A stretch of DNA of 64,000 nt from Pseudobdellovibrionaceae bacterium (lineage in GTDB: Bacteria > Bdellovibrionota > Bdellovibrionia > Bdellovibrionales > Bdellovibrionaceae): NCBI GenBank assembly GCA_039810425.1, contig JBDHWW010000004.1, forward strand, positions 32,001-96,000, in the 5' to 3' direction. A model generated the notes under the pieces. That model ran no database searches and had not been told where the DNA came from. It saw nothing but the letters and a program-made list of their open reading frames with translations. This document shows, piece after piece, positions 9,172-18,561 of this stretch. Every line of letters starts with the position of its first letter. Positions within the stretch are counted from its first letter, which is position 1. The position numbers were made by a program, and so were the translations under genes.

Positions 9172-10265
9172 AGGTGGCCTTCTTGGTGGTGAATCGCGAG
9201 TTTAAGTCCAGAGCTTAAGTGATAGCCTTGGCGCGACCGCAGAATATACTTACTTTGTTGAGGATCGGGTTCAATCAGCGTCCGCGCCCGTTTAATAGTC
9301 ACATAAATCGTATTGTCATGAACGGACGGATTATAAGGAGTCTGCCAGAGTCTTTCCGCGAGTTCTTCTTTAGAAAAAGCAACGCCGGGATTTTCCATCA
9401 ACAGTCGCATTAAGCTCATCAGGATAAATTGATTTTTGAGCTCGATGGGCCCTTTGGTTTTCTCAATCAACAGTTTGTTGTGCTCATCCAAGATCAGATC
9501 AAATTCCGAAATAGGGGCGGCGCCAAGACGACCGCGGAGGTTGTTCACGTTCCGATTCAGTTTCACATAATTGGCCGTGTCGACCATTCGGTGCGCGAGA
9601 TCCAGATAAATTCGGGCATTGTCTTTGTCGTCGTTTTCCAGATAGACGTAACCGATAGTGGAAATGATTGAGACATTTAAAAAGTTGTTTTTCACATTTT
9701 TGACGAGGTCGTACGCGCGCCAAATATAATTCAAAGCTCTGGCGCCGTTTTTATCGGCTAGGGCTTTATTCGCCTTAATCACATTGACCGAAACTTGGAG
9801 TTCGGCCCGTTGAAGTTCTTGGGCGATGGTCTCGAGCTGGGCGATTTTGAGATCTATTTGATCGAGGTCTTTCTTCAAAATAAGTGAAATGAAAATACAG
9901 CCAAACAGGGCCAAGAAAAGCGGGTAGTGATGGCGGCTCTCGATCGCATGGCTGAGGGATTTTTCAAGCAAACTCATGCCATCGAGAGGGCGCTTCTCGT
10001 CAAAAGCGCTGTAGCCCAGAAGGTAATTCATCACCGCAAGCCCGTAATCACCAAACTCATTTAAGCGGGGGTGAGCTTCCTCGAGCAGGTGCAGGCGCGA
10101 TGCGGTCATCTCCGCCTCGATATAGATTCGCAGGCGCATGAGGACAGCCTCGATGTACTGATCCTGGTCTATGTCGGGCAAATCACAAAAAGCCTCGAGT
10201 GATTCGAGGGCTTTTTGAAAGTCTCCTTGGTGGAAGCGGCTTTGGCCGAGATCAAACAAACTCAT
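9168..10265 (-). CDS. TPR-like helical repeat protein with C-terminal OmpR/PhoB-type winged HTH (transcriptional regulator)
   Basis: C-terminal LMENPGVAFSKEELAERLW...NTIYVTIKRARTLIEPDPQQSKYILRSRQGY; helical N-terminal repeats. Confidence 0.85.
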   Translation of the reverse strand: MSLFDLGQSRFHQGDFQKALESLEAFCDLPDIDQDQYIEAVLMRLRIYIEAEMTASRLHLLEEAHPRLNEFGDYGLAVMNYLLGYSAFDEKRPLDGMSLLEKSLSHAIESRHHYPLFLALFGCIFISLILKKDLDQIDLKIAQLETIAQELQRAELQVSVNVIKANKALADKNGARALNYIWRAYDLVKNVKNNFLNVSIISTIGYVYLENDDKDNARIYLDLAHRMVDTANYVKLNRNVNNLRGRLGAAPISEFDLILDEHNKLLIEKTKGPIELKNQFILMSLMRLLMENPGVAFSKEELAERLWQTPYNPSVHDNTIYVTIKRARTLIEPDPQQSKYILRSRQGYHLSSGLKLAIHHQEGHL

Positions 10266-10377
10266 TGAAGACAGGTTTTGTCATTTTTTAGATGCGTGCG
10301 CAATAAGAATGACAGGAAATTAAATCTTTAAACTCCGTGTTGTGTCGTGAAGTTGAAAGTTGCGGCGAAAAAAACGC

Positions 10378-10410
10378 AAAAAAAAAGACCACCCTGAGGG
10401 CGGTCTTTTT
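10378..10410 (-). terminator. Intrinsic terminator (possibly bidirectional)
   Basis: aaaaagaccaccc-tga-gggcggtcttttt. Confidence 0.75.
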
Positions 10411-10432
10411 CACGAGAAGTGAGTCTCAGGGA

Positions 10433-10951
10433 TTAGAAGTAACCTTCTTCATCGTCGTCGTCATCGTCGTCGTCCTCATCATCGTCGTCATCGTCGTCAG
10501 GCTTGCTAGGAGTATCTTCCATGTCTTCGAAAGAGTCGTCTTCTTGCTCTTCAGCGCCTTCCCAGTCTTCGTCGCTGATGGGTTCTTCTTCGATATCAAC
10601 CATGCTTTCGAGCTCATTTTCGTCGTCGAACTCGTTAGAGATATCGTCCAAAGCGGTTTCAGGTTTGATCGCGGCAACCGTTGCAGCACCTACAACCGCA
10701 CCCACTACAGCTGCTTTTTTAACTTTTGAAGCCGGAGATTTTTTTGCCTTTGACGCAGCTTTTTTTGCTGCGGGCTTTTTAGCTGCCTTCTTAGTGACTT
10801 TTTTTGCAGCCTTTTTTGGAGCTGCTTTTTTAGTCGCTTTCTTAGTAGGTTTAGCGGCTTTTTTCGGAGCTGCTTTCTTAGTTGCTTTTTTGGCAGCCTT
10901 TTTTGGCGCCGCTTTTTTTGTTTTTTTGGTTTTCGATGCTTTTTTTGCCAT
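10433..10951 (-). CDS. Histone-H1-like Lys/Ala-rich protein with strongly acidic C-terminal half
   Basis: KKAAPKKAAK repeats followed by an Asp/Glu-rich tract; GGGG RBS upstream; own terminator. Confidence 0.8.
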   Translation of the reverse strand: MAKKASKTKKTKKAAPKKAAKKATKKAAPKKAAKPTKKATKKAAPKKAAKKVTKKAAKKPAAKKAASKAKKSPASKVKKAAVVGAVVGAATVAAIKPETALDDISNEFDDENELESMVDIEEEPISDEDWEGAEEQEDDSFEDMEDTPSKPDDDDDDDEDDDDDDDDEEGYF

Positions 10952-11074
10952 GAGGTGCCCCCTTAGAAGTTAAATCGCATGGAATAGAGCCTAGCGATTT
11001 TTTAGGGGGCAAGCAATAGATAATTACACTCTCACGGGCGCCTGACCTAAGTCCTTTACGTCACACCCTGGTCA

Positions 11075-11827
11075 TTAGAAGCGGAAGTGGTCATCAATGA
11101 TCGCTGCTATAGAATCCGGCATTTGTGTATTCATGAAAAACCCGCCATTGAAGCCACTCTTTGCGGGCACTGTGTGAAAATAACCAATCGTGTCCACGCC
11201 CCTGCGGATCGGAAAAGAGATTGCAACATAAGGATCAAATGGGCTGGAAAGAAAGACGCCGACCACATTGACGCCAATGTATAAATTGAACTTCACGTTG
11301 TTTTTGCCAGGAATCGCAATCGCAACGCTTGGCAACTCGCCACTGGCCACCTGCGGAAGCGGGTCTCCATTTGGCAAACGGGCAGGGTTTAAGAAGCTTG
11401 CTCCTTTGCGCACATAGCGTAAAGGAACACTCAAGGCGAGGTAAGAAGCTCCTTTATCGTCCTTATAAGTCATGAAAGTCACGTCCGGAAGGTCGGGAAT
11501 AGCTCCCTGAGTGCCATCAATATAGGGATTTACCTGGAGCGGGAGAATGAGCAAGAGCGCATTATTTGCCTTGTCGATATCAACAACCAAGCTGCCATCG
11601 TCGTTACCGCCGGAGATCATTCCCTTATATTGAAGCTTTTGGTAAGCGTCCGGATCGGTTGGGTTTACGCCCGGATCTACGCCACCATTGCCCACGGAGC
11701 CCGAGTGATTGCTGCTATTGTCGAAAATCGAGTTGGCGAACTGGAAACCGCCGTTGTTGCCACAGGCAGTAAGGCTCAGAAGTGTGCAAGTAACTGCTAA
11801 ACTTTTAAAGATGGTTGGTCGTAACAT
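11075..11827 (-). CDS. Lipoprotein, hypothetical
   Basis: GGAGG RBS, lipobox LTAC, Asn/Gly-rich linker, beta-rich domain. Confidence 0.8.
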   Translation of the reverse strand: MLRPTIFKSLAVTCTLLSLTACGNNGGFQFANSIFDNSSNHSGSVGNGGVDPGVNPTDPDAYQKLQYKGMISGGNDDGSLVVDIDKANNALLLILPLQVNPYIDGTQGAIPDLPDVTFMTYKDDKGASYLALSVPLRYVRKGASFLNPARLPNGDPLPQVASGELPSVAIAIPGKNNVKFNLYIGVNVVGVFLSSPFDPYVAISFPIRRGVDTIGYFHTVPAKSGFNGGFFMNTQMPDSIAAIIDDHFRF

Positions 11828-11847
11828 AGATCCTCCCGACACCTTAT

Positions 11848-11875
11848 TTTTCGGATAAAGGTCGGGTAGACTTTA
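11848..11875 (-). promoter_or_regulatory. Possible sigma28 (FliA) promoter of the lipoprotein gene
   Basis: Minus strand TAAAGTCT-N12-TCCGAAAA versus consensus TAAAGTTT-N11-GCCGATAA. Confidence 0.4.
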
Positions 11876-12025
11876 GTTAAATATTTGATTTTATTAGTAA
11901 AATAGTTGTACAGAAAAGCTCAAAATCTCTGGACTTAGCGCCAGTCTTGTCGACAACTTTGGCAAAAAAACAGGGATCCCTATTGCGCCTTATGGTTGGA
12001 GTGTTGCTGTGGGTAAGGGAAAAAG

Positions 12026-12058
12026 AAAAATGCCGATGGGTTTGGCCATCGGCATTTT
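12026..12058 (-). terminator. Intrinsic terminator of flagellin
   Basis: aaaatgccgatgg...ccatcggcatttt with U-tracts on both strands. Confidence 0.8.
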
Positions 12059-12111
12059 ATTTTTTATCGAGTTCAGTTGCGAGCAGCGCCCGCAACTTGT
12101 ATTGCGGACTA

Positions 12112-12945
12112 TTAACCGATCAACTTCAAAGCCAATTGGTTCACTTGGTTAGCTTGAGCAAGAGTAGAAGTACCTGCTTGCAATAAGATATTGTTACGAG
12201 TCATCTCAGAAGATGCCTGAGCAACGTCAGTGTCACGGATACGTGAGTTAGACGCAGACATGTTCTCAGTCGCAACACCCAAGTTATCAACAGTCGAAGT
12301 CAAACGATTCTGAAGGGCACCAAGATTAGCGCGAGTGCCATTCACAGAAGTTTGAGCAGCATCGAGAAGTGCAAGAGCTGACTGAGCACCTTCTTTAGAA
12401 GTGTAGTCAAGACCGCTCAAGCCAAGAGCATCAAGAGTCGCAACGTTTTCACCAGCGTGGAAAGTGATACGATCTTCTTCTTGGTTGTTGAACAAACCCA
12501 CTTGGAAATCGAAGTCTGGTGTAGAACCATCCAACAATTTTGTAGAACCCCAAGTAGTTACTGAAGCGATACGTTGAATTTCAGCTTTCAACTGTTGAAC
12601 CTCTTTATCCACGAACCCGCGCTCAGTTTGCCCAACTGTATCAGACGCAGCTTGGATGCCCAATTCACGAAGACGAACCACGATGTTGCCGATCTCGTTC
12701 AAGCCACCCTCAGCAGTTTGCACCATTGAGATACCGTCATTCGCGTTACGTTGAGCTTGCATACCAGAGCGGATTTGGGCTTTTAAGTTTTCACTGATTG
12801 CCAGGCCCGCAGCGTCGTCAGCCGCTTTATTGATACGGCTGCCAGAAGCCAATTGAGCCATAGAGCTATTGATTTGACGTTGGCTGCCGATCAAGTTTCT
12901 TTGAGCGTTCAAAGCCGAAATATTTGTTGTTACACGCATTCCCAT
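12112..12945 (-). CDS. fliC: Flagellin (short, 277 aa)
   Basis: RVTTNISALNAQRNL, LASGSRINKAADDAAGLAI, RANLGALQNRL, SRIRDTDVA. Confidence 0.97.
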   Translation of the reverse strand: MGMRVTTNISALNAQRNLIGSQRQINSSMAQLASGSRINKAADDAAGLAISENLKAQIRSGMQAQRNANDGISMVQTAEGGLNEIGNIVVRLRELGIQAASDTVGQTERGFVDKEVQQLKAEIQRIASVTTWGSTKLLDGSTPDFDFQVGLFNNQEEDRITFHAGENVATLDALGLSGLDYTSKEGAQSALALLDAAQTSVNGTRANLGALQNRLTSTVDNLGVATENMSASNSRIRDTDVAQASSEMTRNNILLQAGTSTLAQANQVNQLALKLIG

Positions 12946-13232
12946 TTAAAATTCCTCCATTTAATATTTTATTTTTTTCATCTCAATACCTTCCTTGTTT
13001 TTATTTCCCCGAGTCCATTTTTATGGGGGCGGCATCCGAGCCGATTTTATTTTTCTTTGGCCTATAACTATTAAGAAAACTAACTGAACATTCTATTGTT
13101 CGTTTTTTATCTCATCCGTGAAGGCCCTCCTTTCGGTTTCCTAGGAGAGAGTGTGACCTTGTTTCTCGCTCTCTCCGGTCCGTCCTGGATCCACATTAGT
13201 AACTGTGAATACAAAAACTCATTGATGCGTTT

Positions 13233-13260
13233 AAGATCGGGATTCGCGACGAAGTCTTGA
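13233..13260 (-). promoter_or_regulatory. Sigma28 (FliA) promoter of fliC
   Basis: Minus strand TCAAG-N14-CCCGATCT about 290 bp upstream of the flagellin start. Confidence 0.6.
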
Positions 13261-13583
13261 CAGGACTCTGGGCGGGTTTTGCGCTTTTTTTGCAATACTA
13301 GCCCAAAGGCAGAAGCGCTCCCAGAGAGGAATCAGGACGAAGGGGTGTCTTGCGCCACTCTGTTACAGTACTTTGGGTGGATTTTCAGAGGGAAAACGGG
13401 ACTTAGGGTCGGTCAAAAAAATACGGGGCAGAAGTGGCACTGGCGCTTGGTATAGCAAGCTGTTTGCAGTGACTTTGCGGCAATAAAAAAAATCGGCATT
13501 TTCCACCAAAGCCTTGATTTCACTTCGACACATTATCACCAAGCACTCACAGCAACGAGTACGGGATAGATAGCTTGAAGAGT

Positions 13584-13838
13584 TTAATCAATCTCAATGA
13601 AGCGGCACTGAGCTATTTTACCTGACATATTGTAGTCCGCCTGTTGCTGCGCGCGTAGATGGGGGCCCGTCTTATAGCCGAGTGTGCAAGTCACCGAAAT
13701 CGAATTAAAGTGTGAGCAGTCTTCGCAGGCGGTGCGGAAGTCATACTTCAGGTAATCAGTCGGATGGATCCCGTCCTTCTTAATGGAAGGATGTATCCGT
13801 TTTGGTTGAAATTTTGGGTTGGGCTCACCACCGAACAT
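13584..13838 (-). CDS. Small Cys-rich hypothetical protein (possible metal/Fe-S binder)
   Basis: GGGGGAG RBS before the ATG at 13838; CEDCSHF-x6-C...H...CRF motif. Confidence 0.65.
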   Translation of the reverse strand: MFGGEPNPKFQPKRIHPSIKKDGIHPTDYLKYDFRTACEDCSHFNSISVTCTLGYKTGPHLRAQQQADYNMSGKIAQCRFIEID

Positions 13839-13885
13839 TGACAATCTCCCCCGAGGCCTCATCCTTATTACAGACGGAGGACATC

Positions 13886-16474
13886 ATGAGCAACGACATT
13901 GAAAAAATGACGCGTAAAAGTCAGGAAGCCATGCAGGCGGCTGCGCAAAACGCGGAAACTCGAGGCAACCCATCTGTGGAGCCCGAGCACCTCTTGCTGG
14001 AGCTTTTGCAGCAGTCTGAGGGGATCGTTCCTCGTGTTCTCGAGAAACAAAATCTTTCTGTCAAATCCATGCTAGAGGATTTGAAGTCGAAAATCGATAA
14101 ATTGCCCCGCGTGAGTGGCGGTGGCCAGAAGGTTTTTGCCAGTCAGCGCCTGCAAAAACTGTTCGCCGTGTCCCATCAGGTGGCCTCAGACTGGGGAGAT
14201 GCTTATATCTCCACCGAGCACTTTCTTTTGGCGATGCTCGGGATGAACGACGGTGAATTGAATGCTTTTTTTAAAAAGCATCATGTGAAGTATGATCCAA
14301 CGGTACAGGCTCTTCGGGAAGTGAGAGGAAACCAAAAAGTGACAGATGATGATCCGGAAAATAAATATGAGGTCCTTGGTAAGTACGCCCGGGATTTAAC
14401 TGCTTTGGCCGCCGAAGGAAAGCTCGACCCCGTGGTCGGTCGTGACGAAGAAATCCGCCGCGTGATTCAGGTGCTTTCCCGTCGGACCAAAAACAATCCG
14501 GTTTTGATCGGTGAGCCGGGCGTGGGTAAAACCGCCATTGCCGAAGGTCTTGCCGTGCGTATTCTGAAGCAGGATGTGCCGGAAAACCTCGTTGGTAAAA
14601 AACTCATGTCCCTCGATATGGGGGCGCTCATTGCCGGCGCGAAATACCGCGGGGAATTTGAGGATCGACTGAAAGCCGTGATCAAAGAAGTCACTCAGAG
14701 TGACGGTCAGATCATTCTCTTCATCGATGAAATTCACAATCTTGTTGGCGCAGGGAAGACGGAAGGCGCAATGGACGCCGGTCAACTGTTGAAACCGGCC
14801 TTGGCTCGTGGCGAGCTTCGCTGTATCGGCGCAACCACTTTGGACGAATATCGCAAATACATTGAAAAGGATGCGGCCCTTGAGCGTCGTTTTCAAACCG
14901 TGCTTGTGGATGAGCCTAATGTCGATGATGCGATCACGATCTTGCGAGGCTTAAAAGAAAAGTACGAACTCCACCATGGAATTCGCATCATGGATTCGGC
15001 CCTGGTCGCGGCGGTGAAGCTTTCGCACAGATACATTCAAAACCGCTTCTTGCCGGATAAAGCGATCGACTTGATCGATGAGGCCGCAAGTAAGCTCAGT
15101 ATCGAAACAAAGAGCGTGCCGGAAGAGATCGACAAGATTGAGCGCGAACTCATGCAGCTGAGAATTGAGAAAGAGGCGTTGAAAAAAGAGAAAGACGAAG
15201 GCGCGAAAGATCGCCTGCAGATCATTGAAAAAGAAATCAAAGATCTGACCGCGCAGAATCAGCAATTGCGCGAACAATGGAACTTCGAAAAAGGTGGCAT
15301 TGAACAGATTAAGAAAATCAAGGCTGACATCGAAGAGGCTAAAAATCTCATTGCCCGCGCCGAGCGTGAAGGCGATTTGGGCAAGGCTGCGGAACTAAAA
15401 TACGGCAAACTGCCTGAGATGGAAAAGAAGCTCAAAGACTTCGAAGCTCGCAGCCAGAAGTCCGCAAATGAAACTCGCATGCTGAAAGAGGAAGTGAGCC
15501 CCGAAGACGTGGCGGAAGTCATCGCGAAGTGGACGGGTATTCCAGTTTCAAAAATGCTTGAAAGCGAATCCCACAAACTTCTCCACATGGAGGAGCAACT
15601 CAAGAATCGTGTTGTGGGGCAGGATCATGCGCTGACGGCGGTGGCGGATGCGATTCGCCGTGCGCGTGCCGAGATCTCGGATCCCAACCGCCCGATCGGC
15701 ACGTTCATCTTCTTGGGGCCAACGGGTGTCGGTAAAACCGAAACCGTGAAGGCCCTGGCTGAGTTCCTGTTCGACGATGAACAGGCCGTCGTCCGCATCG
15801 ACATGAGTGAGTATATGGAAAAACATTCTGTGGCTCGTTTGGTTGGCGCCCCTCCGGGGTATGTGGGTTACGAAGAAGGCGGTCAGTTGACCGAAGCCGT
15901 CCGCCGTAAGCCTTACAGTGTGGTGCTTTTGGATGAAGTTGAAAAAGCCCATCCGGATGTTTTCAATATTTTACTGCAGGTTTTGGATGACGGCCGTTTG
16001 ACGGACGGTCAAGGCCGCACCGTGGACTTTAAAAATACGGTGCTGATAATGACATCAAATATCGGTTCGCATGCGATTATCGATCCGAATATGAGCGAAG
16101 AGGCCAAAACTAAAGCTGTGAACGAGGCTATGCGCGCGCACTTCCGTCCTGAGTTCTTAAATCGCATTGATGAGATCGTCATGTTTAAGGCTCTCGGCGA
16201 AAAGCAGATTGCCGGCATTGTGAAGGTGCAGCTCGACTTGGTTGAGCAGCGCTTGAAAGCGAAGAAGATCGTGATCGGCTTTAAGGATTCTGCGATTCAG
16301 TATCTCGCGAAGAAAGGTTACGATCCGGTTTACGGGGCTCGTCCTTTGAAGCGCGTGATCCAAAACGAGTTGCTGAACCCACTTTCGAAGCAGATCATCG
16401 CCGGGGATGTCCGGGCCGGGGATCAGATCAAAATCGAATCCGGCGACAGCGGGCTCAAGATCAGCAAGAAATAA
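13886..16474 (+). CDS. clpB: ATP-dependent chaperone ClpB
   Basis: GGAGG RBS; Clp N-domain, two AAA+ modules ([16 protein letters not shown]), coiled-coil M domain, GARPL. Confidence 0.97.
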   Translation: MSNDIEKMTRKSQEAMQAAAQNAETRGNPSVEPEHLLLELLQQSEGIVPRVLEKQNLSVKSMLEDLKSKIDKLPRVSGGGQKVFASQRLQKLFAVSHQVASDWGDAYISTEHFLLAMLGMNDGELNAFFKKHHVKYDPTVQALREVRGNQKVTDDDPENKYEVLGKYARDLTALAAEGKLDPVVGRDEEIRRVIQVLSRRTKNNPVLIGEPGVGKTAIAEGLAVRILKQDVPENLVGKKLMSLDMGALIAGAKYRGEFEDRLKAVIKEVTQSDGQIILFIDEIHNLVGAGKTEGAMDAGQLLKPALARGELRCIGATTLDEYRKYIEKDAALERRFQTVLVDEPNVDDAITILRGLKEKYELHHGIRIMDSALVAAVKLSHRYIQNRFLPDKAIDLIDEAASKLSIETKSVPEEIDKIERELMQLRIEKEALKKEKDEGAKDRLQIIEKEIKDLTAQNQQLREQWNFEKGGIEQIKKIKADIEEAKNLIARAEREGDLGKAAELKYGKLPEMEKKLKDFEARSQKSANETRMLKEEVSPEDVAEVIAKWTGIPVSKMLESESHKLLHMEEQLKNRVVGQDHALTAVADAIRRARAEISDPNRPIGTFIFLGPTGVGKTETVKALAEFLFDDEQAVVRIDMSEYMEKHSVARLVGAPPGYVGYEEGGQLTEAVRRKPYSVVLLDEVEKAHPDVFNILLQVLDDGRLTDGQGRTVDFKNTVLIMTSNIGSHAIIDPNMSEEAKTKAVNEAMRAHFRPEFLNRIDEIVMFKALGEKQIAGIVKVQLDLVEQRLKAKKIVIGFKDSAIQYLAKKGYDPVYGARPLKRVIQNELLNPLSKQIIAGDVRAGDQIKIESGDSGLKISKK

Positions 16475-16610
16475 GCTCGAAGCAATGACTCGGTAACTGG
16501 TTATCTGCGGTTTACGGCTTAACTCAGACAGACTGAAGCGGCTGCGACGAAGATGCTGATACTAAAATCTTAGTCCAAAAGCTTTCGTTAATTGCAATAG
16601 GTAAGTTTTT

Positions 16611-17132
16611 TTAGTTTCTGGGTTTTATCAATTTGGGGATCGCTCCGAGCAGGAGCTTTTTTTCTTCGATGGTGAGGGGTTCGAGGAACTCGGCTTCGAG
16701 CTTCCTTATTTCCGGAGCGATATGATCCAGGAACTTCCGGCCGCGCGGCGTGATTTGCAAGTATTTCTCACGTCTGTCGCTTTCAGAAATCACGCGCACG
16801 ACGTAGTGGAGCTTTTCCAGGCCGTCGATGAGTTTTACGATGGTGGCCTTATCAATACCCATTTGCAAGCCTAATGAAACCTGGTTGAGGCCGTCCGATT
16901 CTTTAAGAATATTCAAGACACCGAACTGGGGGGCGACAAGCCCTACGCTGAGAAGGTGGGTGTCGATAATGGATCTAAATTTTAAAGCCACCTTGTATAG
17001 ACAGTAGCCCAGGTGTTTCTCTAAAACAGGGTGGAGCGTCCCGACCGTTGAGGAGGGAACTCTGCGATGACCACCGATCATCTCATTCTTGATTTGGGCC
17101 AGCTTTGTCTTTTTTGGTGATTTTGTCGGCAT
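16611..17132 (-). CDS. MarR-family transcriptional regulator
   Basis: IDKATIVKLIDGLEK...DRR...ITPRG wHTH; divergent from the efflux operon. Confidence 0.92.
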   Translation of the reverse strand: MPTKSPKKTKLAQIKNEMIGGHRRVPSSTVGTLHPVLEKHLGYCLYKVALKFRSIIDTHLLSVGLVAPQFGVLNILKESDGLNQVSLGLQMGIDKATIVKLIDGLEKLHYVVRVISESDRREKYLQITPRGRKFLDHIAPEIRKLEAEFLEPLTIEEKKLLLGAIPKLIKPRN

Positions 17133-17151
17133 GCATGATAGATTCTAACAC

Positions 17152-17176
17152 AAATGGTTTGTTCAGCAAACCATTT
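17152..17176. promoter_or_regulatory. Putative MarR operator palindrome
   Basis: Perfect 10-bp inverted repeat AAATGGTTTG-ttcag-CAAACCATTT in the 80-bp divergent intergenic region. Confidence 0.7.
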
Positions 17177-17212
17177 AAAAACTAAACGATATGTATCACG
17201 ACCGGGGTCCTC

Positions 17213-18538
17213 ATGCGCCTACTCAAGTGGAGTCATTGCTTTTCTTTGGCTTTCTTCTTTGTTTTTCTCCTTGCCTCCACGTCTTTTACGCAAGAACTCA
17301 CGGTGCAACAAGCGATCGACGAGTCTGAAATGCACTCGCCGCGGATTCAAAAAGCGAAGTCAGCACAAGAAGAACTCGCCTGGAAAAAAACGGAAGCCAT
17401 GAGCACCTTTTTGCCTTCGTTGCAGGCCTCGGCGAGTTACCTCTTTGATAAAAAATATGTCTTTACTGATATCAATCTCGGCGGCAGCCCGGCGTCTGTT
17501 CCAGGTGTCGTGCCCACGACAAACTTTGCGGTGACAGCGAGCTATCCACTGTTTGAAGGAATGGCGGGCGTTCGCCGGTACTCTTCCGCCAGCTCCTTCT
17601 TTTCCGCGGCTCAAAAAGAATATGCCTGGGCTGAGTTCCAATTAAGCCGCGAAGTGATTCTTCAGTTCTATAAAACACTCGCATCGAAAGACCTTTTGCA
17701 AGTAGCGGAACAGAATTTAAAAACTTTGCAAGATCACTTGCGTGATGTGAACCTCTTTAAGAAGGCCGGCATGTCGACGAACTACGACGTTCTCCGCGTC
17801 GAAGTGCAGGTCAGTGAAGCGGAGTCTGAAGTCCTCAATGCCTCGGACAATCTTGCCGTCGCTCGCACAAAGCTGGCCGAAGTAATGGGTCTTGAAAAAG
17901 ACGAACGGACTCTCATGGGAGCGTGGCCAGCATTCAATGCAAAGAACACGGAGGGCCTGCATAAAGAATCTTTAAGTTCGCGCTCAGACTTGCAAGCTTT
18001 GGAGCTGCGGACGGAAGGGGCCGTGGACCTTTCGAAAGCAGCGGGCAGTTACTGGGTGCCGCGTTTGTCGGTATTCGGCCAGTATCAATACTATAACAAC
18101 CGCAACGACAAGTACGATGATTGGGATCAATTCCGTAACGCCTATCAAGTGGGTCTCAACATGACCTGGAACTTGTTCGACGGGATGACCTCGATTGCCC
18201 GTGATCACCAGGCTTTCGAGCAATCCATTCAAAGTGAGAAGACTCTTGTGCAAGCGCGTTTGAAAGCGCAACAGGACCTTGAGTTCTGGAAGAGAAAGTA
18301 TCTCTATTATGGAACCGTGTTTAAGGCTCGTCAGAATGATGTTGTGAAAGCGGAAGAATCCGTTCGCTTGGCGCGCCAAGGAAAGAAAGTCGGGACTCGA
18401 ACCGATACGGATTTGTTGGATGCGGAAGCCGAACTTTTCAAAGCGCGCGCTCTGATGGTGAATGCGCAAATGGGTTCGCTTGAAAGCTTGGTCAATCTGG
18501 AACTCACCACGGGCCGTAAATATTTAAATTTTAATTAG
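17213..18538 (+). CDS. TolC-family outer membrane efflux protein
   Basis: Signal peptide, two OEP repeats, DVLRVEV and DLLDAE motifs. Confidence 0.9.
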   Translation: MRLLKWSHCFSLAFFFVFLLASTSFTQELTVQQAIDESEMHSPRIQKAKSAQEELAWKKTEAMSTFLPSLQASASYLFDKKYVFTDINLGGSPASVPGVVPTTNFAVTASYPLFEGMAGVRRYSSASSFFSAAQKEYAWAEFQLSREVILQFYKTLASKDLLQVAEQNLKTLQDHLRDVNLFKKAGMSTNYDVLRVEVQVSEAESEVLNASDNLAVARTKLAEVMGLEKDERTLMGAWPAFNAKNTEGLHKESLSSRSDLQALELRTEGAVDLSKAAGSYWVPRLSVFGQYQYYNNRNDKYDDWDQFRNAYQVGLNMTWNLFDGMTSIARDHQAFEQSIQSEKTLVQARLKAQQDLEFWKRKYLYYGTVFKARQNDVVKAEESVRLARQGKKVGTRTDTDLLDAEAELFKARALMVNAQMGSLESLVNLELTTGRKYLNFN

Positions 18539-18561
18539 GAATTTTTTGAAAGCAGGGATTT

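Noticed and set aside
10440..10950. Tandem repeats as a CRISPR array or VNTR; antisense ORFs 10337-10729 and 10503-10973
   Set aside because: Repeats are codon-level products of a low-complexity protein; no repeat-spacer periodicity; the antisense ORFs are shadows
13450..13470. Sigma54 promoter-like TAGCAAGCTGTTTGC
   Set aside because: Lacks the invariant GG at -24 and points toward no adjacent sense-strand gene
13539..13566. CIRCE-like element (agcactc-N8-gagtac) upstream of clpB
   Set aside because: Spacer is 8 rather than 9 nt, the arms are poor matches to TTAGCACTC/GAGTGCTAA, and it lies beyond an intervening gene
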